Shown here: piece by piece, positions 28,778 through 38,725 of the stretch
Position numbering within the stretch: the stretch's first letter is position 1
How the letters are laid out: every line of letters begins with the position of its first letter
DNA from: a virus
Virus record (IMG/VR): IMGVR_UViG_3300006043_000050
Coordinates: 6,954-70,953 of that record
Length of the DNA: 64,000 nt
Strand: one strand, 5' to 3'
Made by a program: the position numbers and the translations under genes
Notes under the pieces: generated by a model
Database searches by the model: none
Seen by the model: only the letters and a program-made list of their open reading frames with translations
Told to the model about the DNA's origin: nothing

Positions 28778-28847
28778 AGTGATTGCCTCCAGGGCATGTT
28801 CGTGAAATCTGCACGGGCGATTTGCGCCCCTCCCCACCTAAACCTAC

Positions 28848-29069
28848 CGTCACACAAGCGTCACAGACGAAACGTCACATGTGACGCTTAAGTGACGCCC
28901 TTCTGCGCCGCCTCCAACTTGCGCTTGCGCCAACGCTCAGTCCGCTTGGCGCCTGGGCTGCGCTGCTTTTCTTGAGCCGCTACAGGTATGCCTTGCAGTT
29001 GCTCATGCGTCACACCAGGCGTCACATGTGTGACGCTTCCAAGCGTCACAACTCCATCCAATGTGACGC
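28848..29069. repeat. Ten CGTCAC/GTGACG motifs, including palindromes CGTCACATGTGACG and GCGTCACATGTGTGACGC
   Basis: Five copies in 28848-28898 and five in 29007-29069; perfect palindrome at 28873-28886. Confidence 0.85.
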
Positions 29070-29520
29070 CCTGTAATGCCCCTCCAGCCGCCTTTCCGAT
29101 AGTCCTTTCGACCCGATTAAGGCGCCCCTGTATCTCCCCATTGAGCAACGCGGCTTGATGCCCGACTTCGATAGTGGCGGCCTGCATCATTACCCCTGCC
29201 TGGATCCTGGCGAGCATGCGATCCTCGGCCGGGGTCAGGATGATCACGTGATCGCCGATCTCCAGATTCACGGTACCGTCAGGGAGTAGCGTCTTGGTCA
29301 TGGGCCTGGCTGGTGGATGCACCTCGGCCGGCACGAACACGCCGCGCTGCACCCGTATCGCCAGGCCCTCTTCGACCAGGGCACGGATACGATCGTCAAT
29401 GATCGGCAGCTTCAGTCCAGTAAACGCCTGCAGCGTCTCCCGTGTAACGATCTGCTCTTGTTGATGTAGGTCGCGCAGCGCGTCGAGGACGATCTGCGTC
29501 GATGATCCCTTAGCTGTCAT
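28888..29520 (-). CDS. Winged-helix DNA-binding protein, candidate late-gene activator
   Basis: IVTRETLQAFTGLKLPIIDDRIRALVEEGLAIRVQRGVFVP is a wHTH pattern; sits at the end of the early-right operon. Confidence 0.6.
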   Translation of the reverse strand: MTAKGSSTQIVLDALRDLHQQEQIVTRETLQAFTGLKLPIIDDRIRALVEEGLAIRVQRGVFVPAEVHPPARPMTKTLLPDGTVNLEIGDHVIILTPAEDRMLARIQAGVMMQAATIEVGHQAALLNGEIQGRLNRVERTIGKAAGGALQGVTLDGVVTLGSVTHVTPGVTHEQLQGIPVAAQEKQRSPGAKRTERWRKRKLEAAQKGVT

Positions 29521-30687
29521 TGCTCGCTCTCCCCTGTGTCACGAATCAGCCCCTGCTCTCGCAGGATTCGCCATTGCTCGGCCAGCCAGGCCTGGAACTC
29601 GATTGCAGCTAGATAGGAAGGGTCGCTGCGCAGCGCTTCGAGCATGCTCGGCGCCCGCGGTGACACCATGGTCACGTACCACCCGTCACCATTCTCTGGC
29701 GTGCTGATGATGGTCACCTTCCCCTCATGCATCGCCGCCGCCCTTCCACTCCAGCGCCCTGGCGTTATCCAGCGCGGCCTTCACGCTGCAGGCGGCATCG
29801 TGCTGGTCCACAGTGACGCAGTTGTCCTCGTCCTCGATCTCGTCGCGCATGTAGCCCTGCAGGTACACGCCAGTTGCGTCACGCAGGGTACGGAGGGCTT
29901 CGAGTTCGGCGTATAGGCCGGCAGGGATGCGGTTCACCTGGGTCATCTGCGCGGCGCTCCCTTCAATATTTCAAAGACATCAGGGCTCACGATCATGGTC
30001 TTCTCAGGCAACATGTCGTTGCGAATGATCGTGATTCCTCCCCACTGGCCCTGGTGAGGCGACGGATGTTTCAGATCGCATCCGCAGCGCTCCGGATGGC
30101 TCTGCGGCTCACGGCATTGTTCAGTCATCTCCAATTCTCCACTGGGTCGCGCTCTGCGCTGTTTGCCCACTCGCTGCCGAAGACCTCCATAGGGCCGAAG
30201 CACGGCGGCTCGGATTTACTCTTGAAGCCGGCCAGCCAGTAGTAACCACTGTGCTGGGTGGCGCCGCAGTGGTCGCACTGCATCCAGGCGCCGAAACCGG
30301 GGGCGCTCTGGCGCCGGTATAGGTGCTTCCTCATGCCTGGCCACCGTGCTTGTTCAGGAACTTCCTGCACTTCGCCTTCACCGTCTCGCCATTGCGCTGG
30401 TCGATGGCTTCCTCTCCGTGCATGACCACGTCGCGCAACAGTTGCAGGGCTTCCTGCCATTCGCCCATCGTATTCGGCCCCTGGAGCCTGGCGACCTGAT
30501 CAGACGCCAACGGCGCTTTGCGCTTTGCCATAACGCGCAGGCAGTTACCGCACGTCACTTGCGAGGCGTTGGTGGTGATCTGGATCTCGTCCCCCTCGCG
30601 CGGATTACAGACTGCAGAGCAATCACACTCCTGCGGGCCGCAGCCATGGATGACGTAGTGCAAAGTCTTTTTGCTCACGGCGGGCAC
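29517..30687 (-). CDS. Five small coupled hypothetical ORFs (29517-29732, 29725-29946, 29943-30128, 30125-30334, 30331-30687)
   Basis: Overlapping ATGA/GTGA start-stop coupling, typical of a nin-like region. Confidence 0.6.
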
Positions 30688-31379
30688 GCCTCCTGTTGCT
30701 TTTTCAGGTCGCGCAGCAGCGCCCGGTAATGGGCGGTGATCTGCTTGAGTTCGTCGATGGTGTATTTGCGGGGTCGGTGATCGGCTTCGAGCGCTTCAAC
30801 TGCCAGCAGGCCGATGCGCTCGATCAGGCCGGCACGGAAGCCGTTGCGCACGGACTCACCCTTGCGGGCGTACTTGGCAGAGCCACCGTTGCAGCCTTTG
30901 CACTGGAGCCAGATGTTGTTCTCTTCCAGGCGCAGTTCAGGCCTGGCGCCTTTGCTCAGGTAGTGGCCACCGTCCCAGGCGCCACCTGTTTTCCAGCCTT
31001 GAGCAGCTTCGACCTCTGCCTGGCTCTTGCCGCAGCTGATGCAGCCGCTACCGATCGACAGTTCATAAACCCGGCGGTACGCCTGCACTGCGCTGGTAGC
31101 CTCCTGAACGTAATCGCCATGGCTCTTCAGCTTCTCCCGGCGCTCGCCGATCTCGCGCCGCTCCCGCTGCTCGATGGCAATGCGCGCCTTCTTCTGGTTG
31201 GCAGGCTGATCAGCGATCGCCAGGCCGCACTGCCAGCAGCAGACCTTCTGGCCTATCTTGGGCGTGAATTTCACGTCACAGGCGGGGTTGGCGCACTTGC
31301 GCTGGCGTGGCTTGCGCTCGGCAATGCCGCTGGCCTTGGCCTTCAGTGGCGTCTTGCGCTTGAGCTCAGTCCTTTTCAT
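30675..31379 (-). CDS. ninG: NinG/Rap-like recombination endonuclease
   Basis: CISCG...WDGGHYLSKGARPELRLEENNIWLQCKGCN zinc/HNH-like motifs. Confidence 0.88.
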   Translation of the reverse strand: MKRTELKRKTPLKAKASGIAERKPRQRKCANPACDVKFTPKIGQKVCCWQCGLAIADQPANQKKARIAIEQRERREIGERREKLKSHGDYVQEATSAVQAYRRVYELSIGSGCISCGKSQAEVEAAQGWKTGGAWDGGHYLSKGARPELRLEENNIWLQCKGCNGGSAKYARKGESVRNGFRAGLIERIGLLAVEALEADHRPRKYTIDELKQITAHYRALLRDLKKQQEACPP

Positions 31380-31549
31380 TGGCGCCCCCGCCGTAAATGC
31401 GCGAGGAAGTCGGTGGCCAGGTAGATCCAGTAGAACGGCCATAGAAAAGTGCGCCGACCAAGCGCAGTCACATCGTGGACAGACAGCAGCGTCACAACGA
31501 AACCGCCGAGATAGATCAGGACGATCGCTGTGATGATCTCTTCATTCAC
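31376..31549 (-). CDS. Small membrane protein, not in the ORF track
   Basis: GTG 31549, VNEEIITAIVLIYLGGFVVTLLS...LWPFYWIYL; coupled at both ends. Confidence 0.55.
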   Translation of the reverse strand: MNEEIITAIVLIYLGGFVVTLLSVHDVTALGRRTFLWPFYWIYLATDFLAHLRRGRQ

Positions 31550-32112
31550 TGCTCACGCTCCCCAGGCATCAAGTCGCTCAGACTCTCAATCCCTTCTTCG
31601 GTCATGTCTGGCCAGTACTTCTCGATCAGGTGCTGGCAGATGCCGCGCCAGAACTCTTTGAAGCGCTCTTCGGTCATGTAGTCGAATGCGATCGACTCCG
31701 GTACCAGGCGCGTCACCCGGCCCAGGTCGGGAATGTCGAACGCCTCATAGGTGCAGCACACGCCGGCATCGAGCTGCAGTTTCTTGATGGTGGTGTGGGC
31801 GTCGAGGCCTTGGAACTTGTCGATCTGCTCAGCGACCACCCGACCGAGGCCGTGAACTAGCTTGTGAAACTTGTAATTACGCGGCTGTTTGATCTCGCAG
31901 CGCACCTGATCGTTGATGCGATACTCGCGCTCTTTGCACAGGTATCGGTCGATGCTGCCGTAGGCCACCAGGGCCTTTAGCACCTCACCGGTTTCCTGAT
32001 CGACTACAGCACGCCAGCGCATATAGATCGGACGCTGGGCACGCGCCTGGCGCTTCTTCTTGGCCTCTGGCGTCTCAGCCTTTGGTGTTGTGGCTGTCGC
32101 TGCCTTACCCAT
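31546..32112 (-). CDS. NinB/DUF1367-like protein
   Basis: VRCEIKQPRNYKFHKLVHGL...VPESIAFDYMTEERFKEFW. Confidence 0.6.
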   Translation of the reverse strand: MGKAATATTPKAETPEAKKKRQARAQRPIYMRWRAVVDQETGEVLKALVAYGSIDRYLCKEREYRINDQVRCEIKQPRNYKFHKLVHGLGRVVAEQIDKFQGLDAHTTIKKLQLDAGVCCTYEAFDIPDLGRVTRLVPESIAFDYMTEERFKEFWRGICQHLIEKYWPDMTEEGIESLSDLMPGEREQ

Positions 32113-33725
32113 GGCGCACCCCCTGCTGATCTGTGTTCAGGGCCTGCTGATCCCAGCCATAGGCACGGTTGAAGCACAGGGCGCACATGCGTATGTACTG
32201 GGCGCCAACGGCGCTCACCGGCTCGACCTGGCCGCGAATGTCATAGAAGCGATCGCCGATCTTGGTGATGACGTGATCGCTGTCATACCAGGGCTCAGCA
32301 TCAGGAAACGCCTGCTTGAGCAGCAGATAAACCCGGAAACAGCCTCCATTCAGGCCGTACCGGGCCATATCCGGGTGCACGTCGCGCAGGGCAGCGAGGA
32401 AGGCGATCACTTCAGACATTGACGTTGCCCTCCCCAGCTATCGACCGGCCAACCTCCGGCATCTCCATCCAGCCGCGCAGCATGCTCACAGGCTCGTAGG
32501 TGTGGGTGATCGCCGTGTCATTCAGTTGGCCGTCGTACAGACCAATCTCCAGTTCAGTAACGCAGAACTGGCCAGATGGTTCATTCCAGATTGCGATGCA
32601 CGCCCAGGGCAGCCCGGTGTCGGCGATAAACAATCTGTCCATAGGCGCAGTGCTTGCCGGCATCCATGCCGGGGTAGCGCTCGACTGCACCTGGGCGCGC
32701 CGAGCATCATCCAACAGCGAAAGGATCTCCTGCGGCTCAGTCAGGCGCTCGTACTCTTCCCGCTGCGCAGGGAAAAGCGCGGCCTGCTCTTCGGTGAAGT
32801 CTTCGCCGTGCGCATCGCGGAGCATCACCACCGCCAGTTCGCGCAGGCGCTTTTGCTGTTCGGCGTTCACTGGGCCACCTCCTGCACCAGGGCGATGATG
32901 CTTTCCACACCCTTGGCAAAGCTGGCCGGCTTGCACTGCATGCACTGGCGCAGACGGTCGACCAATTGCGAGCGGCCACCCTGCAGCTCGAGCAATAGGC
33001 GACCATCGCGGACGATATCGATCGCGTGCTTGCGGCCTTCCAGCCAGCCGACGCGGTCGAAGTGGCCTTTCTGGGGGATTGGCAGATGGGCGAGCATGTT
33101 CACTTGGCACCAGCCTTGCCGATCTCAGCAGCAGCGCGCAGAACGGCAAGCCGGCAAGCAGCCATCTTGTCAGTTGGGGTTTTGTCGCAGGACAAAGTCT
33201 CTTCTGGCTTTTCCTCTCGAGAATCGATGTATGGCTCTATCGCTGACCAGCAATATCCGTGCAGCTTCGAAAACCTGAATCCACGATTCTCCCATTCCAG
33301 CCTTTTTGGGGTAGCCACAACGAAGAAATGACCAAAGGTCTCTGCCCCGACGACCAACTCAGCAGGTGCACCAAAGCTGATATCAATATCTAGATCCGCT
33401 GCCAGCCTCAGAGAATCCCCATCATCAAACTTGGGATTCCAATGACGTAAGAACTCACCATCCTTGTAAAGGCTAATAGCCCCTGAGTCGTCGATGAAAA
33501 GATCGCAACCCAGAGCCTTTGCTGCGAAATACAGCATTTCAGCATCACCCATCACCGCACACCTCCCCGGCCAATCACGGCCAAACGCCCGTCGGCCACC
33601 AGCACACGGCGTTGGCCACGGATCAGAATCAGTTGGTCACCCTCACGGGCCATGTCGTAGCCACGGGAGAGCAGGAAATCGACGGAACCACGCAGGTCGC
33701 CCTGCATGCGGCGTTCAAGATTCAT
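32105..33725 (-). CDS. Five coupled hypothetical ORFs (32105-32419, 32412-32870, 32867-33103, 33100-33555, 33552-33725)
   Basis: Start-stop overlaps with GGAGG-type RBS. Confidence 0.6.
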
Positions 33726-34389
33726 GAGTTACACCTCGCTTGGCCTTGCTCAGGCGCTTCGATTCGCTGATCAGCTCCCCGACCGATTTGCCTGCCCGGG
33801 TGATGGCCAGTCGGCCACCAGCACCGTTCGCCAGCACAGCCAGGCACGCGCTGCGATTGCCAATCAGCAGCGGATCTGGCGCCTTGAAACGCCCGCCGCT
33901 CTCGGCCTCGGATATCCCGATCATGTGTTTCGGGTAGTCGTCGCCCACCCCGCCAGCGATCACGAAAGCCCGGTACCGCCGCGCAAACTCCAGGCCCTGG
34001 AACTTGTAATCTTCCTCAGACTTGGCGGTGCAGAGCTTCACCCAGCCACCCATGTCATCCAGCACGCGATGCACAATCGGGTCATCGAACACCACGGACT
34101 GATACGGCCCCACGCGACGCACAGCCTTGTCGACCCGACTCCAGGCCAGCATCCCCTGGTCCTGGCTGGTACCGTCGATCAGCCGCACCACGTCGGCCGG
34201 CTTCGGCGCAAACTGGCCGCTATCCGGGTTCTGCACATGGGCGTTCAGGCCGCGGCGCACCGACTCAACGTCGTAGCCCACCAGGGCATCGAAAAACACA
34301 TCGACGAAACCGGTAGTGATCTGCTTGCCGTATACGCTCATGACCTTGGCGAGCATCGCGGCCAGCGCTACCTTGTCTTCAGCTTTCAC
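33715..34389 (-). CDS. DUF6475-like replication accessory protein (P-position gene)
   Basis: FAPKPADVVRLIDG...GPYQSVVFDDPIVHRVLDDMGGWVKLC; directly after the initiator. Confidence 0.7.
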   Translation of the reverse strand: MKAEDKVALAAMLAKVMSVYGKQITTGFVDVFFDALVGYDVESVRRGLNAHVQNPDSGQFAPKPADVVRLIDGTSQDQGMLAWSRVDKAVRRVGPYQSVVFDDPIVHRVLDDMGGWVKLCTAKSEEDYKFQGLEFARRYRAFVIAGGVGDDYPKHMIGISEAESGGRFKAPDPLLIGNRSACLAVLANGAGGRLAITRAGKSVGELISESKRLSKAKRGVTHES

Positions 34390-35458
34390 GGACGTAGTCC
34401 CCTTCGATTACCGGGTCGTCTTCTCGCAGGAAATCCCGCACACCACTGCCGCCTTGCTGCCGCTGCAGCTGACGAACCACCTCGTTGTTCGCGTCCTCGA
34501 TCTGCTGCTGGCGGTTTACTGCCCCAACCTGGCGCGGCTGTCTCTGCGCGATACGAGCCTGCGAAGTCCGCATCCAGCGCTGCCAGGTGGCCTTCCAATC
34601 CGCCATCGGTTTACCGTTGCCCTTCCAGTAGTCGAGGAACTGCTCCAGCTCCCAATCCAGATTCACGTCGGGCGCCTTCTCCTTCGCCCAATCCAGCATT
34701 TCGGTTGTCACCAAGAACGGCAGCGGCAGCGGCTTCTTCGGCTTGGCGCGTGCGCCTTCCGGTTTCGCCTTCGCTGCTGGCTTCCTCGCCGGCCGTCCCT
34801 GTGACTGGTCACCAAGGGGGGCTAAAGGGGGTTCTATTCCCTGTCCCTCTCTATTCCCTGTCCCTCTCCCTGTCTTAGCCGTGTCAGGTGCGTGACCTGT
34901 CACCGTGACAGGTCCGTGACTTGTCACGGGTGACTCAGGCAGTTCCAGCGCCGCGAATGCCTCGCGCAGCGCCTTGGTCGTCGTGTTGAAAGGCAGCACC
35001 TGGCCGGCCTCGCGCAGAGCTGCGAATATCCGTGCCCGGTCTTGCCGCTCCTTTTCCTTGCGCTTGTTCTCGCTCTCCTTCGCCGCCCGGTGCTCGACTC
35101 GCTGCGCCCAGGCGTCGATCGCTTTCTCAGCAACAACCGGGTGATACAGCCGCCCGTCTGCGCACTTCACGAACCCTCGCAGCGCGCCATCGCGCACCTT
35201 TTTCCAACTCTTCAGATCACGGCCGAACCCCGCATAAGCAGCCAGGGCCTGTTCGGCATCCGGCAAAGAGCCGGCCGGTACCTGATTCCAACTCGCGCAC
35301 CACAGCAGGACCGCGGCGCGGAACTCGTCACCGCTCGCCTCGATCGCCAGGTCGCTGTCACGCAGCCGGTTCACATCCAGCGGCATGAACGGCAGCCCGC
35401 GCAGATCAACATCAGCAGGCACCAGCGGCGCCGGCAGATCAGTGGCTGTCATCAGCAC
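34379..35458 (-). CDS. Phage replication initiator (YdaU/DUF1376-like)
   Basis: VDLRGLPFMPLDVNRLRDS...WCASWNQVPAGSLPD...DGRLYHPVVAEKA; C-terminal FLDYWKGNGKPMADWKATW; internal iterons. Confidence 0.85.
   Translation of the reverse strand: MLMTATDLPAPLVPADVDLRGLPFMPLDVNRLRDSDLAIEASGDEFRAAVLLWCASWNQVPAGSLPDAEQALAAYAGFGRDLKSWKKVRDGALRGFVKCADGRLYHPVVAEKAIDAWAQRVEHRAAKESENKRKEKERQDRARIFAALREAGQVLPFNTTTKALREAFAALELPESPVTSHGPVTVTGHAPDTAKTGRGTGNREGQGIEPPLAPLGDQSQGRPARKPAAKAKPEGARAKPKKPLPLPFLVTTEMLDWAKEKAPDVNLDWELEQFLDYWKGNGKPMADWKATWQRWMRTSQARIAQRQPRQVGAVNRQQQIEDANNEVVRQLQRQQGGSGVRDFLREDDPVIEGDYVRES
34832..34934. repeat. Putative replication origin: six GTGAC/GTCAC iterons plus a direct repeat CTATTCCCTGTCCCTCT x2
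   Basis: Iterons at 34892, 34899, 34905, 34916, 34923 and 34930 inside the initiator gene, as in the lambda O/ori layout. Confidence 0.7.
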
Positions 35459-35627
35459 CCTCGGCAGCCAGGTAGTCGGTGACGATCTGCACTGTCGCCT
35501 GCTCAGGCGTCAGGCCCTTGCTGCGTGCGTAGTGCTCAAGCCGGGTCCGCTGTGTCGCCGACATTTCGGCGATATAGCGGCCGATCTCGTCATCGACCTG
35601 TTTCGGTGTTGGTGTTGTCATGCCCAT
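35439..35627 (-). CDS. Small hypothetical protein
   Basis: ATG 35627 after GGGAGG. Confidence 0.55.
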   Translation of the reverse strand: MGMTTPTPKQVDDEIGRYIAEMSATQRTRLEHYARSKGLTPEQATVQIVTDYLAAEGADDSH

Positions 35628-35646
35628 AAGGGCCTCCCGAGGGCCT

Positions 35647-35829
35647 TCAGGCCGCTGCACTGGTTGCTTTACGCTCTTCCTCGTCGAGCCAACGCTCGAC
35701 GATTTCCCGCACCAGCACCGCGCGGCGTTTCCGCTGCTTACGGCACTGGTCCTCGATGCGATCGAGGGTTTCATCATCGAAACGCGCCTTGATTTCGTTG
35801 TGCTTCACAAAGTCGGAGTAACTGCCCAT
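35647..35829 (-). CDS. Ribbon-helix-helix-like regulator (CII position)
   Basis: IKARFDDETLDRIEDQCRKQRKRRAVLVREIVERWL. Confidence 0.7.
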   Translation of the reverse strand: MGSYSDFVKHNEIKARFDDETLDRIEDQCRKQRKRRAVLVREIVERWLDEEERKATSAAA

Positions 35830-35859
35830 GACGCTCCCCTACAGAGCCAAATCAGAAAA

Positions 35860-36093
35860 TCAGGCAACGATGGCCAGCTCAGGCCAAATGCGCTGCCAAT
35901 CATCGGGACGCAGGGTTTTTCGTGTTACGGACGCAGAGGTTTCCAACTCGAGCGCGGCAGCAACTTCGGCGGATGCCGTCTTGTTGCCGTAAGCGATCTG
36001 CCGGAGGTAGCCACGGGTGGTGCCAGTCCGCTCGATCTGCTCGTCGGTGGCACTTTTCAGCCAGTTCAGCAGTTCACAGTTCTTGGTTCGCAT
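35860..36093 (-). CDS. cro: Cro-like HTH repressor
   Basis: GTTRGYLRQIAYGNKTASAEVAAALE...LRPDDWQRIWPEL; divergent from cI. Confidence 0.88.
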   Translation of the reverse strand: MRTKNCELLNWLKSATDEQIERTGTTRGYLRQIAYGNKTASAEVAAALELETSASVTRKTLRPDDWQRIWPELAIVA

Positions 36094-36123
36094 TGCAGGG
36101 TCTCCTATGCAATGCGGCGAGTA

Positions 36124-36177
36124 TTACCCAAGGGTAAACGTATTTTCAATACCTACAGGTCATTTACCTGCAAGTAA
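36124..36177. promoter_or_regulatory. OR operators (three 14-bp sites)
   Basis: TTACCCAAGGGTAA (36124), ATACCTACAGGTCA (36149), TTACCTGCAAGTAA (36164); consensus TTACC-N4-GGTAA. Confidence 0.85.
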
Positions 36178-36197
36178 CAATCACAGAAGATGGCTTC

Positions 36198-36995
36198 ATG
36201 GATCTTTACGAAATACGCCGGCGAAACCTTCGCCTACTGATGGATCGCGAATTTGGTGTTGGGGCTCGGGGCGCTCAGACCCGCATGGCCGATCGCCTGA
36301 ACAAATCGCAGAACTACATATCCCGCTGCCTGGCGGACGGCGACAAAGCAGGCTCGAAGAACATCGGCGAGGATTTTGCGAGAGCTATCGAACTTGAGTT
36401 CGATCTACCGATTTATGCGATGGACACCCTCGCTACTCTGGATGGCCAGGTAACCACTGCCGGCCCTAATCCAAGCGTTCGCCCTGACGTGGTGGCCATT
36501 CTCGAAATGGCACCATGGGATAGCTCTACGCCTTTAGACGACGATGAAGTGGAGTTGCCTTTGTACAAGGAAGTCGAGCTGGCAGCCGGTGGTGGACGCA
36601 CGGCTGTGCATGAGGTCAAAGGGCGCAAGCTCCGCTTCTCCTACGCAACCCTGCGTGCGGCCGGTGTAGATCCTGCTGCAGCTATCTGTGCACAGATCAC
36701 CGGCAACAGCATGGAGCCGATGATTTTCGATGGCTCCACCATTGGCATTGATACCGCTACCCAGAGCGTTCTTGATGGTGAAGTCTATGCCCTTGAGCAC
36801 GACGGCATGCTGAGGGTGAAGCTACTGTATCGCCTTCCTGGCGGAGGCCTGCGAGTCAGGAGCTACAACCGTGACGAGTATCCAGATGAAGAGTATTCGG
36901 CCGACGATATCGAAAAGCTGAACATCAGGGTCATCGGCTGGGTTTTCTGGTGGTCTACGGTTCGCCATAAGCGCGGACTGCACCTGGCACGCTGA
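36198..36995 (+). CDS. cI: CI-like repressor with S24 autopeptidase
   Basis: N-terminal HTH; ITGNSMEPMIFDG (catalytic Ser) and LRVKLLYRLPGGGLRVRSYN (Lys). Confidence 0.93.
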   Translation: MDLYEIRRRNLRLLMDREFGVGARGAQTRMADRLNKSQNYISRCLADGDKAGSKNIGEDFARAIELEFDLPIYAMDTLATLDGQVTTAGPNPSVRPDVVAILEMAPWDSSTPLDDDEVELPLYKEVELAAGGGRTAVHEVKGRKLRFSYATLRAAGVDPAAAICAQITGNSMEPMIFDGSTIGIDTATQSVLDGEVYALEHDGMLRVKLLYRLPGGGLRVRSYNRDEYPDEEYSADDIEKLNIRVIGWVFWWSTVRHKRGLHLAR

Positions 36996-37000
36996 GCCGG

Positions 37001-37129
37001 ATGAACAGATGGCTGCGCTTTTTCGACGCGCTATCCCGCGGTGATCGCAGATCCGTTAGGCTTTTAGTGGCCTGGATTGCCGTAGTCCTCCTGATGGCTC
37101 TATCTCTGAGCCTGATACCAAACTCCTAA
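37001..37129 (+). CDS. 42-aa single-pass membrane peptide downstream of cI
   Basis: MNRWLRFFDALSRGDRRSVRLLVAWIAVVLLMALSLSLIPNS; starts 5 nt after the cI stop; hairpin CTGGGCGAC-CTA-GTCGCCCAG follows. Confidence 0.5.
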   Translation: MNRWLRFFDALSRGDRRSVRLLVAWIAVVLLMALSLSLIPNS

Positions 37130-37186
37130 TTTCACACTGCACACTGGGCGACCTAGTCGCCCAGGGAACAGTCACGCCTAAAATAA

Positions 37187-37259
37187 TTACCCACGGGTAT
37201 TGACTGATAAATTTACCCTCGGGTAATGTTCGCCCCATGAGCAGGTAATGATTACCTGT
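37187..37259 (+). promoter_or_regulatory. pL promoter with OL operators
   Basis: TTACCCACGGGTAT (37187) and TTACCCTCGGGTAA (37213) overlap TTGACT-18-TAATGT; palindrome CAGGTAATGATTACCTG downstream. Confidence 0.8.
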
Positions 37260-37278
37260 AAAGAGAGTGAGGCGAGCC

Positions 37279-38488
37279 ATGTATCTGCATCCCGAAAAGA
37301 TCAACAGCGCACAGCCGCTGCCGTATCCGGGCCTTCCGGAGCGTGAAGAACTGCGCAAGCGGACTCTTGATGTGATGCGCCGCGTCGTGCTGAACGATCT
37401 GCAACAGGGCGTGCCGGCGCTGATCGAGTCTTTCGCCCAGTTCTGCGCCGATCGCCTCGACAACGACACTCGCTATTTGCTGTGCATTTCCAGCGTCACT
37501 CAGGCGAAAGACGCCCTGGCCATGACCAACAAATGGCTGGCTGAACACGTCGACAAATGCCGCCCGCTCTTCGTTGAAGAAGAGATCGAGCGCCGCATTC
37601 TGGCCGAGAAGTTCGCCGCCCTGGAGCTGCCGCAATGATCCGCGCCAACAACTGGCTCCGGAACCTCGATCCGCGCGATCCCGAATACCTCGACCCGCTC
37701 ACTGATGAAGAGCAGGTCGAGCAAGAGGACGACGAAGCCTGGCAGGCAGAGTGCCGCGAGCAGGATGCAGAGGTGGCGTATGTCTAAGGCAGCCCACTAC
37801 CGCGCCCCCGCTACTGGTCAGTTCATTTCTGAGAAGACCGCGAAGCACCTCGACCTGATGTTCATGGCTGAGGACTTCAAGCGCTGGGCTCTCCAAGCAT
37901 CCGCAGCCGGCCGTAAGGACGAAGCGCGCGATATGGCTCGTCGCCACAACGAACTGAAGCGTGATGCTCAGGCAGCACTTCGTGATGTCGAGGTGGCTCA
38001 TGTCTGACTGGAGCAAAGCCAAGGCCCGCGAAGTGATCGACCGCCAGATCACCCTGAACAGCATTTCTCTGGCTCCTGATGCCGAGCACTGCGAGGGAAT
38101 GATCCAGATGGCCTACGCCCTCGGACTGCTGACCGATCAGGAACTGCAAAGCCTGACTGACCAGATCAACAGCACCGTGACCGCGCGCCGCAAACAACTG
38201 CGCACCAACCAGAACGCAGCCCTGCTGGGCCTGGCGGTGACCCATGGCTAACCCATTCACAGGCCGCTGCTTTGCCGAGGCATTCGCCCGCGCCACTGCG
38301 GCCGGCGTGACCGATATCCGCCAGATCAAGCGAACCGTCCGCCGCCGCGGCACTTGGTTCATCACCTGCGAGGTGCCGGCATGAGCCGTTTCACGAAAGA
38401 CACCCTGCGCGCTGCCGCCGTGTGGCTCGCCATCTGGGGCGCCTGCATGGCAGCAGCCCTGATCAAGTACGGAGTACCGCCCGCATGA
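37279..38488 (+). CDS. Six small early-left ORFs (37279-37638, 37635-37787, 37780-38007, 38000-38251, 38244-38384, 38381-38488)
   Basis: Translational coupling throughout; first genes after pL. Confidence 0.6.
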
Positions 38489-38715
38489 CAACAACAGCCA
38501 CAGCCCCCGACAGCCTGATCCGCATGCCGGAGGTGCTGAAACGAACCGGCCTTTCCCGCGCATCGGTGTATCGGCTGATGGACGCCGGCGACTTTCCGGC
38601 CAAGCGGAAGCTGATGGGCACCGGGCGCAGCTCTCCCATCTGCTTCTCGGCCAACGAAGTACAGGCCTGGATCAACAAGCGCATGAACCCCGCCAACGAC
38701 GGCGAAGAACAGTAG
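38485..38715 (+). CDS. alpA: AlpA-family HTH protein / excisionase
   Basis: LIRMPEVLKRTGLSRASVYRLMDAGDFP signature. Confidence 0.88.
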   Translation: MTTTATAPDSLIRMPEVLKRTGLSRASVYRLMDAGDFPAKRKLMGTGRSSPICFSANEVQAWINKRMNPANDGEEQ

Positions 38716-38725
38716 GACGGCAACC

